Positions 58,167-64,000 of a stretch of DNA of 64,000 bases are shown here, in pieces; the first letter of the stretch is position 1, and each line of letters begins with the position of its first letter. The DNA lies in assembly GCA_041671145.1 (NCBI GenBank), contig JBAZBZ010000002.1:16854-80853 (forward strand). The letters run 5' to 3'. The position numbers were made by a program, and so were the translations under genes. Below the pieces are notes generated by a model. The model worked only from the letters and a program-made list of their open reading frames with translations, did no database searches and was not told the origin of the DNA. The stretch is from Bacteroidales bacterium (GTDB lineage: Bacteria; Bacteroidota; Bacteroidia; Bacteroidales; JAHJDW01).

Positions 58167-58856
58167 ATGGCAAAAGAATCCGAAAATGCTGAAGTAAAAA
58201 AGAATTCGATAAAAGAAATTTTTACACGAACCGAAGAATACATAAACGAAAATCAAAAAACCGTATCAATAGTAGTAGGCGTTATTGTCGGTATTTTGTT
58301 AATTTATTTTGCATATAAGAAATTTTATCTAGCACCACGTGAAATAGAAGCACAGGCACAAATATTTAATGCCGAAAATTATTTCGAAAAAGATTCACTG
58401 AAATTTGCATTGAATGGCGATGGCAACAACCCTGGATTTATTGAAATTATTGACCAGTACGGCTCAACAAAATCAGGCAATTTGGCTCATTATTACGCCG
58501 GCATGTGTTACCTAAAACTCGGGCAATTCCAGAATGCAATAGACCAGCTTGAAAAATTTAAATCCGACGACCAGATTGTTAAGACACTTGCCATCGGAGC
58601 TATCGGCGATGCTTATCTGGAGCTCAAACAAACGGATAAAGCAATTGAATATTATACAAAAGCTTCTGAAAGAAAAATGAATATTCTTACTTCTCCCTAT
58701 TTTCTTAATAAACTTGCAAATACTTACGAGGACAACAATCAACTTGACAAAGCACTTGAAGTTTACAAACGCCTGAAAAATGATTATCCCAAATCTTATG
58801 AAGCAAAAGAAGCCGAAAAAGATATTGCTAAAATTAAAGCTAAAATGGGGCAATAA
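58167..58856 (+). CDS. Membrane-anchored tetratricopeptide-repeat protein (YfgM-like)
   Basis: An N-terminal TM (VSIVVGVIVGILLIYFAY) followed by TPR-like helices. The position between recF and ribH is common in Bacteroidota as far as I recall. Confidence 0.7.
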   Translation: MAKESENAEVKKNSIKEIFTRTEEYINENQKTVSIVVGVIVGILLIYFAYKKFYLAPREIEAQAQIFNAENYFEKDSLKFALNGDGNNPGFIEIIDQYGSTKSGNLAHYYAGMCYLKLGQFQNAIDQLEKFKSDDQIVKTLAIGAIGDAYLELKQTDKAIEYYTKASERKMNILTSPYFLNKLANTYEDNNQLDKALEVYKRLKNDYPKSYEAKEAEKDIAKIKAKMGQ

Positions 58857-58949
58857 AAAGGTTCAACGTAATTAGCCAATTGTCATTAGTAAAAAAATAA
58901 ATTCTCATAATTTGTTTGTGTTGTTAGTTTCAAATTTTTATAATTTATT

Positions 58950-59426
58950 ATGCCATTAAAGAAAACTAATTTATCATCATATAATAAAAAAGGCATAACA
59001 GTCCACCCCAAAACAATTATAGGAATTGTGGTTTCGGAATGGAATAAAGAGGTTACAGAAAAACTTTATCAGGGAGCGTTTAACACTTTAATAAAATCCG
59101 GAATAAAAAAAGAAAACATAATAAGAAAAAATGTACCCGGAAGTTTTGAGTTGCCTTATTGCGCAAAATTGTTGCTCGAAAATACTTTTGTTGATGCAGT
59201 GATTTGTCTTGGTTGTGTAATTCAAGGTGAAACCCGTCATTTCGAATTTATTTCAGGTGCCGTGGCAAATGGCATAATGCAGCTTAACATTAACCATGGT
59301 ATTCCGGTTATATTCGGAGTTCTTACCACCAATACAATTGAGCAAGCAATAGAAAGAGCAGGAGGCAAACACGGAAACAAAGGAGTTGAAGCAGCCGCTT
59401 CAGCACTAAAAATGATAAATTTATAG
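58950..59426 (+). CDS. ribH: 6,7-dimethyl-8-ribityllumazine synthase
   Basis: IGIVVSEWNKEVTEKL, VPGSFELP, LGCVIQGETRHFEFI and IFGVLTT. Confidence 0.9.
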   Translation: MPLKKTNLSSYNKKGITVHPKTIIGIVVSEWNKEVTEKLYQGAFNTLIKSGIKKENIIRKNVPGSFELPYCAKLLLENTFVDAVICLGCVIQGETRHFEFISGAVANGIMQLNINHGIPVIFGVLTTNTIEQAIERAGGKHGNKGVEAAASALKMINL

Positions 59427-59556
59427 AAAGTTTTATGACAGAATTTCGAAAATTTAATTTTTTTTCGTAACCTTTTAAATCATTTTACAGTATAAAAAAC
59501 AAAATCGAAAATATATCTCATAAAATATTTTAAGAATTAAGTTAAAACTAAATATT

Positions 59557-60549
59557 ATGGAAGAACTACAAGTAAATCAGGACCACGAATTAAATCCTGA
59601 AAACTCCGAAAAAAAGAAAAAATCAGGTGCAGTTATTTTTGTTATAATAATTGTCCTGTTGCTGGCTGGCTTAGGTGGCCTTGGCTGGTTATACAACCAA
59701 CAAAAAACTGAAAAAGAATCAGCAATTGCAAAGGAAAAACTAATAACTCTTAAAGCCGATTCTCTTTTAAAGGAAGTCGAAAAACTTAAGAGTGATTTAT
59801 TGACGGTAACTAAAGAAAGAGATTCATTGAATGATGTCGTAATTGCCGATTATATCAAGAAACTTGATGCTATTAAATCCGAACTGAGAGCAGCAAGAAG
59901 TTCAGGATATGGACCCTCCACCGGAACAGAAAATACAGGCGGCGGATATGCCAAAAGCGGCTTCAGAGCCAAATATGATGCTTTGAAAAAGGATTATGAC
60001 AATCTTTCTTTGGAAGTAGGTAAACTAATTGCTGAAAAGAAACAGTTACAAGCAGAACGCGACACCTTAAAAGTGCATTGCGACCAACTGCAAACACGTG
60101 CAGCCGAACTCGAAACTCAGAATAAAGAGCTCACTGATAAGGTTACTATGGGTTCAGTTCTTTCTGCATACAGCATAGATGCTGCAGGTGTTAGAGGAAG
60201 CGGCTCCAAAGAAAAAGCAACTCCTAAAGCAAGCAAAGTGCAAAAAATTAAGGTTAAATTTAAAGTGAGCAAGAATTTAATTACTCCAATGGGACCAAAA
60301 TCTGCTTATATACGAATTCTCGCACCAAACGGAAGTGTTTTAGCTCAAGGTATTGATGATTCAAATAAATTCAAATCAGGCGGCGAAGACCTTGTATTCA
60401 CAATAAAAAGAGATTACGATTATTCCAATGTTGAAATTGAGCTTACTACTTATTTCACGCCAAAAGAAAAACTGGCAACAGGTAACTATAAAGTTGAAAT
60501 TTATTCCGACAGTGACTTGATTGGTAACACAGGATTCACCCTCAAATAA
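59557..60549 (+). CDS. Hypothetical single-pass membrane protein with coiled-coil and C-terminal beta-rich domain
   Basis: TM AVIFVIIIVLLLAGLGGLGWL, a heptad-rich central region and a terminator immediately downstream. Confidence 0.6.
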   Translation: MEELQVNQDHELNPENSEKKKKSGAVIFVIIIVLLLAGLGGLGWLYNQQKTEKESAIAKEKLITLKADSLLKEVEKLKSDLLTVTKERDSLNDVVIADYIKKLDAIKSELRAARSSGYGPSTGTENTGGGYAKSGFRAKYDALKKDYDNLSLEVGKLIAEKKQLQAERDTLKVHCDQLQTRAAELETQNKELTDKVTMGSVLSAYSIDAAGVRGSGSKEKATPKASKVQKIKVKFKVSKNLITPMGPKSAYIRILAPNGSVLAQGIDDSNKFKSGGEDLVFTIKRDYDYSNVEIELTTYFTPKEKLATGNYKVEIYSDSDLIGNTGFTLK

Positions 60550-60572
60550 GTTATACTGAAATAAAACAAAAA

Positions 60573-60606
60573 AGCTATCGAAGAGTTCGGTAGCTTTTTT
60601 GTTTTA
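60573..60606. terminator. Intrinsic terminator (A-run / 9-bp stem / T-run)
   Basis: AGCTATCGA (60573-60581) pairs with TCGGTAGCT (60587-60595), including one G-U pair, around loop AGAGT. TTTTTTG follows. Confidence 0.65.
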
Positions 60607-60625
60607 TATTCCTTATAGCATTTCA

Positions 60626-60808
60626 TCACATAAGCGCAGTGCTGAAATACCGTTCGGCACGGTCGGGTAAAACTGTTACTATATTGCCTTTGATTTTTTT
60701 TACCAATTCTCTTGCTCCCCAAACATTTGCACCTGAAGATATTCCAACAAGCAAGCCATGCTCCCTGCCTAATTCACGAGTTGTTTCTATTGCGTCTTCA
60801 TCGGTAAT
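60626..60808 (-). pseudogene. 3' remnant of a cysteine synthase (CysK/CysM family) gene
   Basis: My translation is ITDEDAIETTRELGREHGLLVGISSGANVWGARELVKKIKGNIVTVLPDRAERYFSTALM*. It matches the conserved C-terminal ~60 aa of O-acetylserine sulfhydrylases. An in-frame TGA lies immediately upstream and there is no N-terminal part. Confidence 0.65.
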
Positions 60809-60867
60809 TCACAGTTTTATTTACATTCTTCAACAATTAGACAATTAAACAATAAAGCAATAAATTA

Positions 60868-60895
60868 ACAACTAACAACCGACAACCAACAACTA
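60868..60895. repeat. 4 x 7-nt degenerate heptamer array (ACAACTA ACAACCG ACAACCA ACAACTA)
   Basis: Read directly. Looser A/C-rich 7-8-nt words precede it from about 60833. Confidence 0.7.
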
Positions 60896-60938
60896 AATAA
60901 TGAATAATAAATTTCGAAGTTTAATTGCATTAATTGTA

Positions 60939-60946
60939 TACTTTTG
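60939..60946 (+). promoter_or_regulatory. Bacteroidota-type -7 promoter element (TActTTTG)
   Basis: TAnnTTTG match 24 nt upstream of the ATG at 60971. Confidence 0.3.
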
Positions 60947-60970
60947 TAAAAAATTCCGAAAGATTATTTT

Positions 60971-63688
60971 ATGCAGAAAAAATCAGTATTTATTTTTATA
61001 GAGTTTTTTTTTCTGACTTTTAAAATCTGCATTTCGCAAACCATTCCTATTTATGAAAACACTTCAAAGGGTTCGCAAACCATTAAATACATATCTTCAG
61101 TAAAAAGCGAAAGCAATATCATATTAAATTATTTTATAACAAAAATAGCTGAAAACATTTCAAAACCAATACAATCTTCTTCATTTACTTTATTTTTTAA
61201 TGAATTCATCAAGGTAAGGCAAAACAATCCTTATGAATATGATATAAGTGTTGAAATAAAGGATTTCACGCTTGTGGGAGATTACAAATATAAAGGGATT
61301 AAAATCTACGATGCTTTAATTCCCCGCAAAATTGCTCTGAATTTGAATATTTCCGGCAGAGATGGCAATGATATGAAATCAATAGGATTCAGGCATATCA
61401 GTTTATTAAAGGATAAAAATTTTATTTCTGACAAAATATTTTTTAAGGACTCGTTGAAAAATATTGAACTGAAATTTTCAATTCAGGATATTGATTTTAG
61501 TTATGATAATGAAAATAAAAAAATCTTTGACAATAGGTTAATGCTGGTAAAAAAATATTATGATTCTGAGAAAAAAACAAATCAGTTGTTAAAAGATATT
61601 GAAGCAATTGATGAGAAAAATATAGATTTAATACCAGTGAACGACATGGAAGTTCGCAGCATAAAAAAGAAAATGGACTCATTAAAGGAAGAAAGATTTG
61701 AGGAATTTCTTTATTTAAAAGACCACGACCCTATAGGTTTTTCGGCAAAATTAAATGACATTGAAAAACGCTTAACCATATTACTCGATAAGTTTGATAA
61801 ACTGATAAAAGGACTTGATGAAATTTATTACAGAAAAGGAATGGAAAATCTTATTTATAACAATAATTTGTCGGCATACAAATATTTTCAAAAATCCGTT
61901 GTTGCAAATTCCCTTTATGCGCCGTCAAATTACCAGATATCATTTCTTGATTTCGTTAATAACAGAAAGGAAGATGCATATAAAAAGACACTGAACATTT
62001 TGAGCAAAATGAGTCCTGATGCAAGATTAAAAGTGCAAACGATAAAACTCATGAATATTATTTTCAACAAATATATTTCTGAAAGTGAAGATTTAATTAA
62101 AAAAGAAAAATACCATGATGCTGTGGCTTTACTTGACAGTGCAGAGATACTATTCGGAAACTCAACCTTAATTTCAGAAAAAGAAAAATTATCAGCAAAT
62201 CTTTTTATTGCAAAACATGGAATTTACAACTCATTCATGTTGTTTTGCAAAAGGGCGATAGAAACAAAAAATTTCGATATTGCTGAAACTTATTTGCTCA
62301 GGGCAAGAGAATTTCAACAGAAAAATTCAAAATATATTACTAACGACAAGGAAGCAGTTGATTTGCTAAAAATAGTTTACGACAATCACATCGAAGTTGG
62401 AAATAAATATATTTCTTCATCGAAATTTTTAAGAGCGCTGGATGAATTTAAAAGTGCTGCGGAATTATGTAACAACAAATCTTTTATATGCAGCGAAGCT
62501 CTTGCTAAAGGTATTGCCGATGCAAAGAACGGCATTTACAAGGAAATTATAAGTGACGCCGGAAATGCTATTGCCAAAAAAGATTTTCTGCTTGCAGAAA
62601 TATTAATCAACCGCGCTAAAGCATATCAGCAACACAATGCCATAATTGTAATGCAGCTTTCGGTTGTTGATTCACTTGTTGGATTGACGATGTTTCAAAA
62701 ATATACACGGCTAATAGAAGATGCAAAACAGTTGTTGCTGTTGGACAGAAAAAAAGAAGCATTTAATAATCTTGTTGAAGCTGCTGATATGCAGGGTAAA
62801 TACTATTATTCCAAAAATAAAGAATTGGATGATTTACTGAAAGAATCGGCAAAACCGGTAATCATAGAAAAAATAAATAAAGCAAAATTCAACATTTGGG
62901 CAAATGAAAATAACATGGCAAGACAGCTTTTAAATGAAGCGGTATTGATGAAAGAAAAATACAAACTTAATGATGATAGCACTATTTCAACTTCAATAAA
63001 AGAATACAATAAATTTTCCAGAATGCAAGAATGTGTAAAAATAAAAAATGAATATGAAAATAATTTTTCTAAAATTCAGTATTTGTTGGTGCAAAAAAAA
63101 TATCTCGAAACAGATTCATTGTTGGCAAATATGCTAAGCAGTGTTAATAACATTTCGGATTGTGCTGTTAATACAAGCAAAGCAGAAGAATTAAAAAAAC
63201 AAAATATAATTCCTGCCGATTATCAAAGGTTTCTTATCAAAATAAATGAGTTTATTAAAAAAGCTGATTACAATAAAACGTACGAAGTTTATGAAAAAAT
63301 GAAAGATTACTATTCTCATTTTTCAGTAAATAAATATGGACTTGCAGATATTGATTTGTTCGATTTAGTTATGAAAAGTAATAATAATAATTTTATCAAT
63401 AATTCTGCAAACTATTACTTATCGAAAAAGGATTTTGCTAAATCATTGTTGTTGCTGAGAAAATTATATCAGCGCGATTTTCCTTATGCTGAAACAAAAA
63501 TATTACAGGAAAACCTCGGCAGAGAACTTGCACTGCACGATGTTGAAAGTGCAAAAATTTCAGACAGAAAAAATAAAATTATGGAATATACCCAAAATGC
63601 ACAATATTTCGACTTTCTTAAAGAAAGTTATAACAAAAATTTCAGAAAAAATAAAAATATTTTAACCGAAATAATTCACAAAAAATAG
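60971..63688 (+). CDS. Large hypothetical secreted/periplasmic protein (905 aa), helical-repeat rich
   Basis: Long uninterrupted ORF with a hydrophobic N-terminus. TPR-like A/L/K/E/Y-rich helices. No family recognised. Confidence 0.65.
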   Translation: MQKKSVFIFIEFFFLTFKICISQTIPIYENTSKGSQTIKYISSVKSESNIILNYFITKIAENISKPIQSSSFTLFFNEFIKVRQNNPYEYDISVEIKDFTLVGDYKYKGIKIYDALIPRKIALNLNISGRDGNDMKSIGFRHISLLKDKNFISDKIFFKDSLKNIELKFSIQDIDFSYDNENKKIFDNRLMLVKKYYDSEKKTNQLLKDIEAIDEKNIDLIPVNDMEVRSIKKKMDSLKEERFEEFLYLKDHDPIGFSAKLNDIEKRLTILLDKFDKLIKGLDEIYYRKGMENLIYNNNLSAYKYFQKSVVANSLYAPSNYQISFLDFVNNRKEDAYKKTLNILSKMSPDARLKVQTIKLMNIIFNKYISESEDLIKKEKYHDAVALLDSAEILFGNSTLISEKEKLSANLFIAKHGIYNSFMLFCKRAIETKNFDIAETYLLRAREFQQKNSKYITNDKEAVDLLKIVYDNHIEVGNKYISSSKFLRALDEFKSAAELCNNKSFICSEALAKGIADAKNGIYKEIISDAGNAIAKKDFLLAEILINRAKAYQQHNAIIVMQLSVVDSLVGLTMFQKYTRLIEDAKQLLLLDRKKEAFNNLVEAADMQGKYYYSKNKELDDLLKESAKPVIIEKINKAKFNIWANENNMARQLLNEAVLMKEKYKLNDDSTISTSIKEYNKFSRMQECVKIKNEYENNFSKIQYLLVQKKYLETDSLLANMLSSVNNISDCAVNTSKAEELKKQNIIPADYQRFLIKINEFIKKADYNKTYEVYEKMKDYYSHFSVNKYGLADIDLFDLVMKSNNNNFINNSANYYLSKKDFAKSLLLLRKLYQRDFPYAETKILQENLGRELALHDVESAKISDRKNKIMEYTQNAQYFDFLKESYNKNFRKNKNILTEIIHKK

Positions 63689-63754
63689 TTGAGATTTTTT
63701 AAAAGGTAGATTTATTATAAAAACAAAATTATTGGTTAAGAAGGCATATTTTTT

Positions 63755-63762
63755 TATTTTTG
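63755..63762 (+). promoter_or_regulatory. Bacteroidota-type -7 promoter element (TAttTTTG)
   Basis: TAnnTTTG match 25 nt upstream of the ATG at 63787. Confidence 0.3.
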
Positions 63763-63786
63763 TAAAAACGTTTTAAATTTAAAAAA

Positions 63787-64000
63787 ATGAAATCTGACAA
63801 AAAAATATTCAGCGGCAAAACACTTGCCATTCTCACAGGGGGCGGAGACACTTCTGCTTTGAATTCAAGCATCGAAGCAATAAGAAACAGAGCACAAGTA
63901 CTCGGCTATAAAGTTTACGGCATCAGAAAAGGATGGAAAGGATTACTTGGCGATGGCGACATTGTTGACCTTACAAATCAGCATTACGACGGTTGGCATG
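63787..64000 (+). CDS. Phosphofructokinase-family protein (ATP- or PPi-dependent), N-terminal fragment at window edge
   Basis: My translation is MKSDKKIFSGKTLAILTGGGDTSALNSSIEAIRNRAQVLGYKVYGIRKGWKGLL... The GGGD..LN block is the PFK nucleotide/phosphoryl-donor motif. Confidence 0.8.
   Translation, partial: MKSDKKIFSGKTLAILTGGGDTSALNSSIEAIRNRAQVLGYKVYGIRKGWKGLLGDGDIVDLTNQHYDGWH

Noticed and set aside
58857-58949. A possible FMN (RFN) riboswitch upstream of ribH.
   Set aside because: The spacer is only about 93 nt and lacks the conserved G-rich RFN core segments. It looks like ordinary AT-rich leader plus heptamer-like words.
60501-60848. The track ORFs 60501..60722 (-) and 60639..60848 (+).
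   Set aside because: A different minus-strand frame across the same DNA gives a clean CysK C-terminal match. The listed ORFs cross a terminator hairpin and have no recognisable features.

Overview
This is a low-GC window (most genes look about 25-30% G+C by eye), apparently from a Bacteroidota-type genome. The lineage call rests on a T9SS type-B (CHU_C) C-terminal sorting domain, SprB-type repeats, a PorT-like barrel, TAnnTTTG -7 promoter motifs and an Omp28/TlpA envelope module. All motif coordinates were counted by hand and may be off by 1-2 nt.

Positions 1-38,005 form one very large surface-glycan locus, bounded on the right by tRNA-Gly(CCC).
- Export is ABC-transporter dependent. wzm and wzt are split and divergent, and Wzt carries a C-terminal carbohydrate-binding extension.
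- It holds about 14 Leloir-type glycosyltransferases: GT2 x6 (one GtrB-like), GT4, GT6, GT11 x2, GT14, GT47-like and one DxD-containing unknown.
- It holds six polytopic GT-C-like or unknown membrane proteins next to the GtrB-like polyprenyl-phosphate glycosyltransferase.
- It holds seven SAM methyltransferases and two DegT-type aminotransferases.
- Single-copy genes include WbqC, an AsnB-like amidotransferase, an ATP-grasp enzyme and a CE4 deacetylase; there are also two GNAT-type acetyltransferases.
- I recognised no Wzx, Wzy, Wzz, initiating phosphoglycosyltransferase or nucleotide-sugar precursor genes in the window.

The rest of the window (38.2-64 kb) is mostly core or envelope genes.
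- A 1085-aa T9SS adhesin with seven roughly 72-aa Cys-containing repeats.
- A striking 1.3-kb ORF-free, extremely AT-rich spacer that ends at a 26-codon lysine-rich ORF.
- An Omp28-like / beta-barrel / TlpA thiol-redox trio.
- A PorT-like barrel, an FAD oxidoreductase and an SBBP beta-propeller protein.
- waaA, an orphan hisH and tRNA-Pro(CGG).
- A frameshifted AddA/UvrD-type helicase-nuclease.
- recF, a TPR protein and ribH.
- A cysK 3' remnant, a 905-aa unknown protein and the start of a phosphofructokinase.

The observations I rate most interesting:
1. Animal-type GT families (GT6 with NxN, two GT11, GT14, GT47) co-occur, which suggests a histo-blood-group-like glycan mimic.
2. A roughly 250-bp GC-enriched 5' module (leader plus start codon plus first codons) is duplicated in front of two different membrane-protein genes. 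It contains an 11-12 bp stem whose only substitution is G-U compatible on the sense strand.
3. A mosaic GT-C paralog pair.
4. A compositionally foreign FkbM methyltransferase sits between wzm and wzt.
5. The AT-rich ORF-free block lies downstream of a type-B-CTD adhesin that has no PorP/SprF partner.

No CRISPR array, transposase, integrase or recognisable defence system was seen.
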